A stretch of 63,975 nt of DNA, the filler included, from Octopus bimaculoides (taxonomy: Eukaryota), in the NCBI RefSeq assembly GCF_001194135.2. It is 6 parts of 5 records of this genome, joined end to end, with 100 filler letters (N's around TTAATTAATTAA, not from the genome) between each part and the next. Parts side by side here need not be neighbours in the genome. Positions count along the whole stretch, not along the records: positions 12,478 to 40,159 come from NC_068981.1; positions 40,260 to 51,693 come from NC_068983.1; 4 more parts are not named here. The stretch is one strand, 5' to 3'. Below the pieces are notes generated by a model. That model did no database searches. It saw nothing but the letters and a program-made list of their open reading frames with translations, and was not told where the DNA came from. The translations under genes and the position numbers were made by a program. Positions 36,859 to 50,119 of the stretch are shown piece by piece; within the stretch, counting starts at the first letter, position 1; the number at the start of each line of letters is the position of its first letter.

Positions 36859-38317
36859 TATGAATTTTTTTTTAATGTTTCAATGTTATCAAAATATATC
36901 TCCTTGTTAAAATGTAGATGTGTCAACAATAAAATTAACAAGTGTTTCGTTAGCCTTTAGTTCTGTTTAATTCCATTTTGGGGTATAATCTGACGAGAAT
37001 TTAGGTCTATCAAACCCACTTGACCTACATGTAGACGTGAGCATGTGTTCACTGGTACGTACCTAATCCAGTGGGTCATGTGCCAAACAATTATAATCAA
37101 ACTTCATACAAGAACTGTATATTTCTCTAGAAAAATAATTAAAGTATCTTCAAACTGCAAGAAAAGAACTAAAATTTCCCTTTAAAATGCGATATTGAGT
37201 AAGATATCTGGAAAAGTCTATCAATAAAGCACGCAGTGTCTTGAGTCTGAACTTAAATTTCATCAAGATTCTAAGGAAATACAGCCTAATAGAATAGTTT
37301 GTAAAAATCCAGAACAAATCAACGGAGAAAACTTATTATTAGTGCTCCAAATACTTCTCTCAAAGGGTCGACTTAAAATACATGAATAATTTAGTTTATA
37401 TTTTCACCGAGAGTAGAAAATTCCATAGCGAGTTTATTAGGCTTTGATATCTGAGTGAATCGGCATGTAATAGTTTGTATACTAATGAAGGATTTGTTTT
37501 CGATTCGGATAAAAGCTTTCCAGTGTTTGAAATTCATTAATTTTCTAAGAATATTCCATTTCTTAAGTAAGGTTTTATAGAATGTAAATTCTCGTCTATA
37601 TATTTGCAAAGTAGTGATAATTTTTATTTAGGTTCCTTCCATGGATAGTTACAGTGTAAGATTTATAAAGAGTATAATATCGTATGGCATTCATATTTTG
37701 TTAGTGAAGTAATTAACATAAATATTTACAGATAAGACTGGAGACGGAATAGTCGACCCAGCATACTGTTATAGAGACAGTCGCAAATCACTTAAATGAA
37801 TAAAAAATTAATAAAATGTTTTCAAGACCCTTATATCATAAAGATACCGTATACAACCTGGAATAGCTCATTGCCAGAAACACATAAATTAGTTGCTAAT
37901 GATGATTTCCGATGAAATTAATCCATTGACAGGGTTGCAAAAGCAACGGAAATTTTGGAAAAGAAAAAATATGAATAATGTGTGGAAATAGAACCGGTAG
38001 TCTGTTAGACATTAAGGCAGTATGACTCTCCTCAGACACAACATAATCCTTAACAGTATTTGTAATATGGACAGTGGACGACAGAAGCGATATAGCACTT
38101 GGTAAAATACCATGTGGTATTCTTTATGTGCTTTTACATACTGAATTCATATTCCGTCGGAACTGATTTTGAGGTGAATAATACAAATACCAGTCAAGTA
38201 TTAGTGTCAACATAATTGGGTTGATTAATGGATTATGATCTGTTCCCTTCCTTATTTGTGACTTTGTGTCAATGATAGAGGTCAATAATGTTGGTAGATC
38301 AATATCTATTCTCGATA

Positions 38318-38713
38318 AGGCGGTGAGCTGGCAGAAACGTTAGCACGCTGGGCGAAATGCTTAGCGGTATTTCGTCTGCCGTTACGTTCTGAGTTCAAAT
38401 TCCGCCGAGGTTGACTTTGCCTTTCATCCTTTCGGGGTCGATAAATTAAGTACCAGTTACGCACTGGGGTCGATCTAATCGACTTAATTCCCTTGTCTGT
38501 CCTTGTTTGTCCCCTCTATGTTTAACTCCTTGTGGGCAATAAAGAAATAAAAAACGTTAGCATGCAGGGCGAAATGCTTAGCAGTATTTCGTCTGTCTTT
38601 ACGATCTGAGTTCAAATTCCGCCGAGGTCGACTTTGCTTTTCATCTTTTCGGGGTCGATAAATTAAGTACCAGTTGCATACTGGGGTCGATCTAATCGAC
38701 TGGCCCCCTCCCC
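38318..38713 (+). mobile_element. Head-to-tail dimer of SINE family C
   Basis: Two highly similar monomers (38318-38490 and ~38554-38713). Confidence 0.9.
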
Positions 38714-38908
38714 ACTGTGCTTTGATTAACATTGAAATAATTTAAATGCAACCATTTGTGAATCTCTCAAAGACCGTTTTGCAGTTCTGAAACGTTTCTC
38801 TAACACAAATTTAGACTGTTTCAAATATAAGTATCGTATTTCTCCGACATTGATATGGCATCTCTTGCTTATATAGATATGCGTGCGCACGCACACACAC
38901 ACTTATAC

Positions 38909-38942
<34 letters not shown>

Positions 38943-39008
38943 TACATATACATATACACATATATATGCATATATACACATACACACACACACATATATA
39001 TACATACA

Positions 39009-39041
<33 letters not shown>

Positions 39042-39551
39042 ATTACATATATCTGTGTTTCTATAATTATAGTCATGGAGCTTAAAGCTTCGATGTATTA
39101 AATTTCTATTTGGCATGAAAATGCTATTTTGGTAATAAACTGTATCTAATATCTAATGCCACTTTGGAATTTCCGCTTCACTAACAGTTAGCGACATTTT
39201 TGATAAAGTTACTCATTGTACTAAGATAATTTTGACAGTCGATGTATTTTGAAATTTTGACAAAATTCTGAATTAATTTTAAAACAACGACGAGGAAATG
39301 ATGGAAATTGCAAGACTAAATATTTGCGAGAATATTAGATTATGAGTAATAAACATTCTAGATATTGAGCTGTAGAAAATAAAAATAGTAATAATAATAA
39401 TAAAACGGAAAATATTCACGGTTTTGAGCGATGTGAATATTATTTGTGTTAAGATAGCGAAAAACAAGTGCCATTAGCAGGTTTTAATAATATTATATAT
39501 ATATATATGCATATCGTTTACACATCAATATTGTATATCGAACATATTTTG

Positions 39552-39779
39552 GATCATCGGAGCATTAGCTTCAATACCACCCAAGCTGAAGAAACATCTG
39601 GAAACTTTAGAAATACCCTACAATTGTAAAATTGTAAAAATCGGCATTACTTGGAACTGCACGCACATTGCGTAAAGTACTCTCAATCTGAGGTCCTTGT
39701 GACTTGACAGACTACAAAATCCTGGCAGACGTAATATCTTCAACCAACATCACGATATTGGATACTGTGCGACGTCCTA

Positions 39780-39833
<54 letters not shown>
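39552..39833 (+). mobile_element. R4/Dong-like 3' end with 3' UTR and (TAA)n tail
   Basis: IIGALASIPPKLKKHLETLEIPY...SALLGTARTLRKVLSI*; UTR; then (AAT)n 39780-39833. Confidence 0.85.
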
Positions 39834-39834
<1 letters not shown>

Positions 39835-39890
39835 TGCTACACCGGGCTCCCGGTGCTACACCGGGCTCCCGGTGCTACACCGGGCTCCCT
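39834..39890. repeat. Three tandem copies of the GC-rich 19-mer GTGCTACACCGGGCTCCCG
   Basis: Directly visible; only the last base of the third copy differs. Confidence 0.97.
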
Positions 39891-40258
39891 ATACAAAAAC
39901 AAATCTAATCCCAAAACATCGATGGAATTAGGCAAAAGAACCGGTGGAAGATTTGAAGGAAGCGGTCTTTTAACGAAGATAATTTTTTAAAATATTTTTT
40001 ATTTTAAAAAAATGAAATTTTACTGCCATACAAAGCACAGGTCCTCCTAGGCATGATGTCTCAGTGAAACACGTGCGATCACACACGCAAAACCAACACC
40101 GGAAAGTTTACAAACTATATAAAAAAAGAAATGGAACAAAATAGTAAGTACATATATTGNNNNNNNNNNNNNNNNNNNNNNNNNNNNNNNNNNNNNNNNN
40201 NNNTTAATTAATTAANNNNNNNNNNNNNNNNNNNNNNNNNNNNNNNNNNNNNNNNNNN

Positions 40259-40733
40259 NGCTCCCTGTAGTTCATCTGTTGGACTGTGGCGATCTTTTTT
40301 GTATAGTGCCACTGAATTGCCTCGAGTTCTGCTGTCCGCTTAACACTGTGTGGTGACCACAACTGAGAGCAATAGTCTAGGCGGCTCAGAACAAATGTCT
40401 TCCATAGAGTCAACATGACTTTTTGATCCCTTGTACGGAATGTCCTCAGTATCCACCCTGCCAGTTGTCTGCACTTTGCTGTCAACTTGACAATGTGCAT
40501 GTGAAATGATGCATCACTACACATGTTGATGCCTAGATCTCTTACAACAGTACCTCCAGGCCCTGTGCATGCCAGTTGGGAGGTACTTGTGGTCTTGTAG
40601 CGCAGTACTTGAATTTTTTTTTGCATTGAACTGCATATTATTTTGCTCTGCCCACTCATATATTGCATTTAGGTCATTCTGCAGGCTTACAATATCATCA
40701 GGATTCTTTATTGCCTGAGATATCTTTGTGTCA
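40259..40733 (-). pseudogene. CR1/L2-group LINE RT C-terminal fragment between gaps
   Basis: DTKI...LQNDLNAIYEWAEQNNMQFNAKK, one frameshift, then VRDLGI...GWILRTFRTR...LSRLDYCSQLWSP...LEAIQ. Confidence 0.9.
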
Positions 40734-41879
40734 NNNNNNNNNNNNNNNNNNNNNNNNNNNNNNNNNNNNNNNNNNNNNNNNNNNNNNNNNNNNNNNNNNN
40801 NNNNNNNNNNNNNNNNNNNNNNNNNNNNNNNNNNNNNNNNNNNNNNNNNNNNNNNNNNNNNNNNNNNNNNNNNNNNNNNNNNNNNNNNNNNNNNNNNNNN
40901 NNNNNNNNNNNNNNNNNNNNNNNNNNNNNNNNNNNNNNNNNNNNNNNNNNNNNNNNNNNNNNNNNNNNNNNNNNNNNNNNNNNNNNNNNNNNNNNNNNNN
41001 NNNNNNNNNNNNNNNNNNNNNNNNNNNNNNNNNNNNNNNNNNNNNNNNNNNNNNNGGAGGGGAGGAGGGGAGGAGGAAGACGACGACGAGGCGGAGGAGG
41101 AGATTACATCTACACCAGATAACCAATTCAGAATACAGAACAGACAGTTATCATTGCTGTTCCTTTTGTTTTGTTTTGTCATCGCTATTGCTTTTTCAAT
41201 TGTCATTGCTGTAACTACTTTCAGAGCTGCCATTGTTGTTGGCATCGCTGTTGTTATTTTTGATGTTGTAAGTTAACTCCATGACAGCTTTGTTTAGGCA
41301 GCCCCATGATCAAAGGCTCTCGTGCTGCAACCATCTATCTTATTTTGTAGACCTGGTATATCAAGAACTGCAATGTTTCTTTCCCTTTTTAAACCGGTAC
41401 CGTATGATTTGAGGGAGATTTAACTTCTATTTGTAGCAGCTAGAGTGACTGGTTAGAGGCACTCTCATTGTATCAAATACAAATGTTGTAATCTAAAATA
41501 TTTATTGATAGATTATTCTGCAGAGGTCAAGTTTTACTAAATATAACCACGTGACCCTTTTCACTAACGGTGTAATTAAGAAAGGTGACTGACAATTTGG
41601 TAATTAATCACACTTCACTATAGAATTTCTGAAACAGCCATCAGGTTACCAGCCTACATGAATCGTTTTCAGAAAGTAAAACCTCAAGTTCGTTTGACTC
41701 TATGGCAAATACACTGTTGAACTGATGAAAGACATTGAAATACTGCCACAAGACTTCGTTTTTGTGTAGCCAAACACCATATAGCCATAAAATGTGTTCC
41801 TTGCAAGCATATATATCACATGCAACGAACGTGTCTTGTTAATTTCAGACAAAGGAACTTCAGTAACATTGGGGCTGTG

Positions 41880-42010
<131 letters not shown>

Positions 42011-42289
42011 GATTTTCGTGACTCTCTTAGAGATTGTACTTACTTCTCTGTTGCTAGGGAAGCTTCGTGTCTTTGATGATGGTTTGAAAGTATGTAAAGC
42101 TGTCTACAGCAAAGAAAATGTTTCACAGAAGTAGTAATGGAAGAATGTGCGTTAAGAGACAGAACAATAGTCACAGACAAATGCTGCAAACTGAATTACC
42201 AGAAGACAAACCAAATTGTTGCAAGGAGGTACCGAATAGGCTGTGTATATTTTAGATCAAGTCAACAGGCTTAAGACATACAGGCATGT

Positions 42290-42512
42290 TAAGACAAAGG
42301 GGTGCTGGAAAGGTTCTGGCTTTAAGGGTATCGCGAAAGACCTGGATGGAGGCCCAATCTTGCCAGTTCTTTTACAGGGCTTAGAAACACTGAAGGATTG
42401 CTGCAATAAATGTGCGAGTCTGAGAAAGGGAATATGTTGAATAAAATCATAATTAGCTGACCTTCCTGTATTTTCTTTTACCCGAAGCCAGGAACTTTTC
42501 AGGACGTCTTCG
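42290..42512 (+). mobile_element. Mariner 3' end (irritans-like TIR)
   Basis: LQGLETLKDCCNKCASL then, with a 1-nt shift, REYVE*; terminus GAACTTTTCAGGACGTCTTCG|TA, whose reverse complement TA-CGAAGACGTCCTGAAAAGTTC resembles irritans TIRs. Confidence 0.7.
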
Positions 42513-42529
42513 TATATTTTATCTTACAT

Positions 42530-42750
42530 GTTTTTCTTGTTTCATTCCTTGGATGAACTGTAGTTGGTCATTCTGGGGCACTTCCTTGAAGGGTTAAGTT
42601 GAATAGATCGACCCCAGAACTTACTTTTAAGTCTGGTACCTACTCTATCAATGTTTTACCAAATAGCTATGTTACGGGGACGTAAGCAAACCAATACCGC
42701 TTGTCAGGCGGAGGCGAAGAACAAACACAAATACAAGGACAAACACACAC

Positions 42751-42806
<56 letters not shown>

Positions 42807-42925
42807 CTCACAAAGCTTTAGTCGGCTCGGGGCCATAGTAAAAATCGTTTGCCCAAGTTCTGGCGCAGTGGGACTAAACCCGAAACCACATGATCACAAA
42901 ACAAGCTTCTTAACTACACAGTCAT
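42530..42925 (-). mobile_element. Full-length SINE family A (diverged)
   Basis: Homology to 36458-36858. Confidence 0.85.
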
Positions 42926-44306
42926 GTCTGCACATAAAACATTCTGTACTAGCAGGGCAAAATATATTTCATATTTTAAACCCTTCTCAAAACGTGCCTC
43001 TAACCATGTGTCATTAGTATAGACAAAATTCCTTAATGTTACCAAGAATCTCTTCTTTGCTTCTGTTCGAGAAGTTAAACAACTCAAACCATTTGAAGTG
43101 TGATGCAAGACACCATGATATAGCAGATATCAGGCTAGAATTTCGTTTCTCACTATTGAGCTTCCAAATTTTATATTTAAATCACTGCCCGGCACATTAG
43201 AAGATTTTTCGCGATAGTCCCGTGTTGATTTCAAGCCTTGTGAATGGAATTAGACAGATGGAAACTGTATGGAAGCCTATCAGATTAACTGAATCTGTAA
43301 TTCAAAAACCAAGCTTGTCAGACGCTGAGTCTCTTATGGTGCTTCTTTATTTTTATTTTAAACGAAAGAGGCGAGCTGGAAGAATCGTTAGAACACCGGG
43401 CGAAATACTTAACGTTATTTCTTCTATCTTTATTTTCTGAGTTGAAATTCCGCTGAGATCGACTTAGCCTTTACTCCCATTTGGAGTCGATAAAACAAGC
43501 CCCAATGAAGTACTGGTATAGATATAATCGACTCGATCCTTCACTACTGGCCCTATGCCCTATGCCCTATGAAAATCTAGTGGCCTTATACTAAAATTTG
43601 AAGCCTTTAATAGTTAAATGCACGAGTGAGTGTAGAATACTTAACTACTTACATAACAATTCAATTAGTAGTAAATTTTGTTGATTGAACAACTGGAATA
43701 TATACCATATACACCGATGTAAGATTTATTTATGCTAGAATAGCCAGGGAAATCTCAGCGAATCTGATCTGAAAATACCATCTGATAGCTAGGCCATTGC
43801 CCTTCAAGAGTATAAGGAGATTGGCCTTTCTGTGAATGACCATTGAAGAGATATAATTATTTAGAGATATGTCGGGTCATCAGTGATGTAAAGAAAGAAA
43901 GACACAAAGATTCTGCAGAACATTAATATGGTTAATTTATTCTTCCACTAAAAATAAGTCGACCTGACGGATCAGACATTAAACACAGATATAGCTACGA
44001 TAGGCGAATTGTGCGACAAAAATGAATGCAATTCAAATACCACAGTTCTATACAATTCAACGCATTATTAAAAAAAAGAAAAAGAAAAACAGAAGCAGTT
44101 AATTGTGAAATGAGAAAATTATATGAAGTCATAAACAAGTTCATCTTTCAGTAATATGGAGAAGTTTCTTATGAATGCAAATTTTCAATAAGTGTCAGAG
44201 TTCGTGTATTAGCACAAATGTCTGAGAAGAAATTACACTGACAGAAAATATTTTAAACAGTATTTTGACTTGTATCTTTGTGAGAAAACTTATTTCTACA
44301 ATATAA

Positions 44307-44681
44307 TGTTGTTGGCACTCCGTCGCTTACGACGTCGAGGGTTCCAGTTGATCCGATCAACGGAACAGCCTGCTCGTGAAATTAACGTGCAAGTGGCTGA
44401 GCACTCCACAGACACGTGTACCCTTAACGTAGTTCTCGGGGATATTCAGCGTGACACAGTGTGACAAGGCTGACCTTTTGAATTACAGGCACAACAGAAA
44501 CAGGAAGTAAGAATGAAAGTTGTGGTGAAAAAGTACAGCAAGGTTCGCCACCATCCCCTGCTGGAACCACGTGGAGCTTTAGGTGTTTTCACTCAATAAA
44601 CACAACGCCCGGTTTGGGAATCGAAACCGCGATCATATGACCGCGAGTCCGCTGCCCTAACCACTGGGCCATTGCGCCTCC
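44307..44681 (-). mobile_element. Full-length SINE family B with 12-bp TSD
   Basis: TSD tctacaatataa at 44295-44306 and 44682-44693. Confidence 0.93.
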
Positions 44682-45094
44682 TCTACAATATAAACTTGTT
44701 TGTATCAACAGTTGTGAATGCGTGTGAAAACGCGTTTCTTTCGGTCTTAAGCTCTGTCAGAATGGCAAATTCATAACGCGTTCGAAATATTATGTTTCTT
44801 TGAAGGGACGGCGAACAGACAGAATCGTTAGCACGCCGGGCAAAATGCTTAGCGACATTACTTACGTTCTGAGTTCAAATGCTGCCGAAGTCGACTTTGC
44901 CTTTTATCCTTTCAGGGAAAATTCATAACGCGTTCGGNNNNNNNNNNNNNNNNNNNNNNNNNNNNNNNNNNNNNNNNNNNGTTCTGAGTTCAAATGCTGC
45001 CGAAGTCGACTTTGCCTTTTATCCTTTCAGGGAAAATTCATAACGCGTTCGGAATATCCGTTAGCACGCTGGGTAAAATGCTTAGCAACATTTC

Positions 45095-45764
45095 GGATCT
45101 TGTTCAAAATGGGGGCACTAGTTTTCATTTATGTTTTATGTAGTGTTTTTGGTACCGAAAGACTTTCAAACTTCGTATACTTATCTATTTTGTGTTATAG
45201 AACAGAAAAAAAATTTTGTATTCGAATTTATTTCATGTAAAAAATTGTCTTATTTCGATAATTTCAACCAATCACTGACAAGTATTCAGCTGTTTACACT
45301 TACTCCTTTTGCAGTTTAAGCGGTGTAAAGCGTATTTAATCTCCATTACTTCTGACATTTTGCAGAGAGGCAACACACGTGTATTCGTTTTCCCTAACCC
45401 TAATTGACTTACTCCTTCCCTCAAAAATCAGGCCTTGTGCCTATAATAGAAAGTTTTATTAGCTACTGCCAATATGCTTCAGCCATTTTTTGACAAGGAA
45501 ATAATAATTTTATCACTGCCAGAATCGTTTGAGAATCGTTTGTTTACGTAGTCAGCATTTAATGTATTCGGCTGAATGGACGTCAGTCATTGGTTGAAAT
45601 TACAGAAATACGACAACCTTAACATGAAATAACTTGCGATGTATGTTTTTTTGTTAAGAAGACTAAGAGAAAAAGATGTTTTATATGACACATTCTACCA
45701 GTGTCCCAAGTTTCAAAGTGTTTCGTTAAGAAAATACTGGTGCCCCCGTTTTGAACAAGATCCC
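45095..45764. mobile_element. ~670-bp MITE inserted in a SINE C copy
   Basis: 27-bp TIRs GGATCTTGTTCAAAATGGGGGCACTAG / CTGGTGCCCCCGTTTTGAACAAGATCC (25/27); acatttc duplicated at 45088-45094 and 45765-45771; additional subterminal inverted matches. Confidence 0.88.
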
Positions 45765-46679
45765 ACATTTCGTCTGTCCTTACGTTCTGAGTTCAAATGC
45801 TGCCTAAGTCAACTTTGCTTTTATCCTTTCGGGGTCGATAAAATAAAGACCAGTTGAACATTGGGGTCGATTTAATCGACTTATCCTCTCCCCCGAAGTT
45901 GCAGGTTTTGTGCTACAAATTGAAATCAATATTTTGTATCTACGAGTGTATCATGTGTATGAAACATTATGCACGTGAAGCGTCACAAGATCGAACGGCG
46001 TTGATTGGTTAAGCAAAGCTGTATATCTATGTGTAGTGAGAAAGTAAGACAGAAATGAGAACATGAGTATGTGTAAAGAATTTACTTTATCGCCGAGCAA
46101 CCGGCTGAGCCCAAGAAAATCCTTTGCTAGTCGGTGGTAAAAACAAACTATTTTAATAATACTTCAGTTGTAGAAATAACGCGCGACTTTATGTCTGTAT
46201 GACAGTCACTGGTTGGTCACTATTGTGTCAAGGCTGGTCTTTAACGTTGTACATAATCGAAAACACCAACGAATGGATTGGTGGTTGAAAGTCGAATTGC
46301 ATACATAAAGGAAAACATGCTCATAATGAAATGCTGGGTCCAAGTCAGAGTGTATGCATAACTGAAAACACACACTCACACACACAAAAGGGATGAGCTG
46401 TCTGCTACCTCCTATTTAACAACGTAATTAGCTGTAAAGGCTTCCGATTTGCAGTCTTGAAATAGTAATCTGGCTTGCATGTTGTCAAGGATTTCCCAAG
46501 ATGCTCGAGTGTGTCATGCAACTAAGCTCTATGAAAGAATGTACAGCTCTGTGTTACTGGCCATGTCAAAGGTTAATTGGGTGAATGAACATCTCCAGTT
46601 GCAGTTTCTGTTTCTAATTCTATTTCTTCTGTGGCTGATTAATTTATAGAACTTGTGTTAAGCCTTATTCTGGAAGATA

Positions 46680-46925
46680 CAATCGCTGTTCATAAAATGT
46701 AAGCTCCCCAATAAATTGTACATAGATGAGACGGTACACCGTTTAAGAAATCGGTCCGGAAAACATTTCCAAGATATCCATAACAATACCGAGGAAATTT
46801 TAGCTTAAATTCGTGCGGCCACTCTGACAGGGTTCTCCAGCTCTAGAGCTCAAATGAAACCAGTATTGTTTTTTAAATGAACCTCATCTTTAATCTGGGA
46901 ACCTCAGTTTTACAAGGTGTGTATA
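46680..46925 (+). pseudogene. Penelope-like GIY-YIG endonuclease remnant
   Basis: NKLYIDETVHRLRNRSGKHFQDI (pattern K.YIGET.R.L..R..EH) and IFNLGTSVLQG (PLE C-terminal LGTL.P.G); CT-rich UTR follows. Confidence 0.65.
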
Positions 46926-47483
46926 TACACTTCAATTTCTTTTGATTCTGCCTTTCCAATTTCTTTTCACTCTCACATCTCATTGTTTTCTCTTTTAATC
47001 CATCTAACCAGATTATCCTATTCTTTCTTGTGTACACGTAGAAAGGTAACCATAAACTTGTTTGTATCGATGCTTACAGTCGCCTGCACATACCTTTATT
47101 CGCGTATATGTGTGCACTATTGTATATATCAGTTTATAGAGGAAGCTGTCTGTATACGTGCGCCCTACAACGTTAAACAAACTCTTACGCTTTCCTACCT
47201 TCTAGGTAAAACTATGCGTCATCTTTTCGAACACCTCTAAATCACATACCTCCACTACTTCCGCAAACGCAGCGTCTCTTTCTGGTATACCGTCTTCATT
47301 CCATTCGTCCCCCACATCACTCCATTTATCACCACCATCATCATTATTATTATTACTACTACTAAGGTCGACGTTGCCTTTCGTTCTTTCGTGGTCGATA
47401 AAATAAGAACAAGTTGAACACTGAGGTCGTTATAATCGACTTACCCCTGCTCCTGAAATTGCTGGCATTTTCCAAAATATGAA

Positions 47484-47520
<37 letters not shown>

Positions 47521-47737
47521 AGGCGGCAAGCTGGCAAGATCATTACCGCGCCGGGAAAATTGCTTAGCGGCATTTCGTCCGACTTTACGTTCTGAGTTCA
47601 AATGCCACCGCAGTTGATTTTGCCTTTCATCCTTTCAGAATCGATAAAATAAGTACGAGCTGAGCACTGCGGTTGATGTAATCGATTTATTCTTCCCACC
47701 CCCCGAAATTGATGGCCTTGTCCCAAAATTTGAAGCA

Positions 47738-47800
<63 letters not shown>

Positions 47801-48822
47801 GCTGCTACTACTGTGACGAACAAGCAGAATCGATGCCTGGCTGGACAAAATATTAAACGGTATTATCTCCTAACTCATTATATTGTAAGTTACTACCAAA
47901 GTCCACTTCTCCGTTCTTCTCGTTACAAGTGTTTTAAATTTCTAGTCGTAGGTAATCACGTATAGCACCATTTCATTTTTATTAGAAATCGTGCGCATAG
48001 TAATAACCCATGGCAAATAAATGAAACTAAATTGGATATTTTACGAAGCGAGACATATTTTATAGATGAGAAAATAATTACAATTGAGAAAACTTCACGG
48101 AATTTGTCCATTTCTTTACATTTTCCTTCTTTTTATTCACAGATCGGTGATAGTTCAATTGAGAGAGAAGAGAGAAAGTTTCCTCACATAGGTTAACTAT
48201 TTCCAAGGAGTTCGACTTTGTGTAAACGTTTTCATTGTAGTTGATATGTGGTTTTGACGACGGGAATGAGCAGGCAGAATCGTTAGTACGTCGGGCAAAA
48301 TGCTTAGCGGTATTTCGTCTGCCACTGCGTTCTGAGTTCAAATTCCGCCGAGGTCGACTTTGCTTTTCATCCTTTCGGGGTCGATAAAGTAAGTAGCATT
48401 TGAGTACTGGTGTCGATCCAATCGACTTACTCCACCCCCACCCCCAAGGTTACTGGCCTTGTGACAAAATTTGACTACAAAATTCACAAGCCGTTTTCGG
48501 TATCTTGTTTTCAGGTGTGTGTACGTGTTATTATTCCAGCCCCAGGTCAGCCCTAGTCGAGCAGACCTATGATCAAAAGAATTCCCGGCGTGACTATCTC
48601 GTTTTTTTCAGTATATCAGGACATACATTCCAATTTATTTAAATTGGTAGGGTGTGATCGAAGGGAGATGTGACTACTATTTCTAATATGTCGAGCAACC
48701 ACATAAAGATTTCTTTGATTGGTTGTAGCTACACGAATGGCTGTGATGGTGATGGTGCTGGAATGGCTAGCGTATTTATATCTACTTATGTCATGAAACC
48801 AGTTTAGCTTTTAATATTAGCC

Positions 48823-49036
48823 TTACGCTTCAATAGTACTCTTCTTAATTTTCTTGATTTCTCTGCGTTGTATTTTATTAGTTCCATCTACTTCTAAGTA
48901 GTTGTATGAGTAGCTATAGTCTACTTCTCCGGTTTCAGTGTCTGGATTTAATTTAATGTTCACAGTTTTAGTTATTTTGACGCTTCTAGTAACTTTAACA
49001 CAATTGTCTCGTCCCATTCTCATTTTTATAACTCGA
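48823..49036 (-). CDS. Candidate terminal exon of an unknown protein
   Basis: Weak acceptor ttcag at 49037, then open frame RVIKMRMGRDNCVKVTRSVKITKTVNIKLNPDTETGEVDYSYSYNYLEVDGTNKIQRREIKKIKKSTIEA*; no family recognised. Confidence 0.25.
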
Positions 49037-49130
49037 CTGAATTAATTTATGATGATCATTATTATCATCATCATTATCAGCTGCAGTAGCAGCACCATCA
49101 ACATCATCATCATCATTATCATCACTATTA

Positions 49131-49171
<41 letters not shown>

Positions 49172-49337
49172 TGATTCAAAATTAAAAGAAAATGCCATTG
49201 TTATCTAGTGAACGATATTTCGACATCTTGTGTGTCTTCAACGGGTTCAAAAAATAAATTTGTCAATCTACTTCATTTTGGTTAATATAGACAGGATTGA
49301 CTCTATATCTTCAGGAGTTACCTCAATCCTTTCTATA

Positions 49338-49380
<43 letters not shown>

Positions 49381-49669
49381 CTACTATTGATGTTGTTGTT
49401 CTTGCTGTTAAGACAACGAGGTAGTAAAAGCGTTAGCCTGCCGGATAAAATGCTTAGCAGCGTTTCTTCCGGCTCTTTACGTACTGAGTTCAAAATTCAC
49501 TGAGGTCGGACTTTGTCTTTCATCTCTTCCGGGTCAAGAAAAATAAAAGCCAGTCAGATACGAAGGTCGATGAAATATGTAACAGTCAAGTACTGTGGTC
49601 GATGTAATCGACTTCCCCACCACTCAAAACTGCTGGCATTGCGCCAGAATAAGAAAGAATTACTACTAC

Positions 49670-49702
<33 letters not shown>

Positions 49703-50119
49703 CAACTAGNNNNNNNNNNNNNNNNNNNNNNNNNNNNNNNNNNNNNNNNNNNNNNNNNNNNNNNNNNNNNNNNNNNNNNNNNNNNNNNNNNNNNNNNNNN
49801 NNNNNNNNNNNNNNNNNNNNNNNNNNNNNNNNNNNNNNNNNNNNNNNNNNNNNNNNNNNNNNNNNNNNNNNNNNNNNNNNNNNNNNNNNNNNNNNNNNNN
49901 NNNNNNNNNNNNNNNNNNNNNNNNNNNNNNNNNNNNNNNNNNNNNNNNNNNNNNNNNNNNNNNNNNNNNNNNNNNNNNNNNNNNNNNNNNNNNNNNNNNN
50001 NNNNNNNNNNNNNNNNNNNNNNNNNNNNNNNNNNNNNNNNNNNNNNNNNNNNNNNNNNNNNNNNNNNNNNNNNNNNNNNGGGAGGAGGGGAGGAGGGGAA
50101 GAAGAAGAAGAAGAAGAAG

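Larger units (their letters stand above)
43366..49650 (+). mobile_element. Cluster of SINE family C copies (43366, 44806, 45056/45765 split, 47364, 47521, 48260, 49411)
   Basis: Recurrent CGTTAGCAC.CCGGGC.AAATGCTTAGC...GAGTTCAAAT...GGGGTCGATAAA; all on plus. Confidence 0.9.

Noticed and set aside
39834-39890. 19-bp repeats as a CRISPR array
   Set aside because: Contiguous units with no spacers, in eukaryotic DNA with no cas genes.
45392-45403. CCCTAACCCTAA telomere-like motif (also a single unit in the foldback arms)
   Set aside because: Only 1-2 units; not an interstitial telomeric array.
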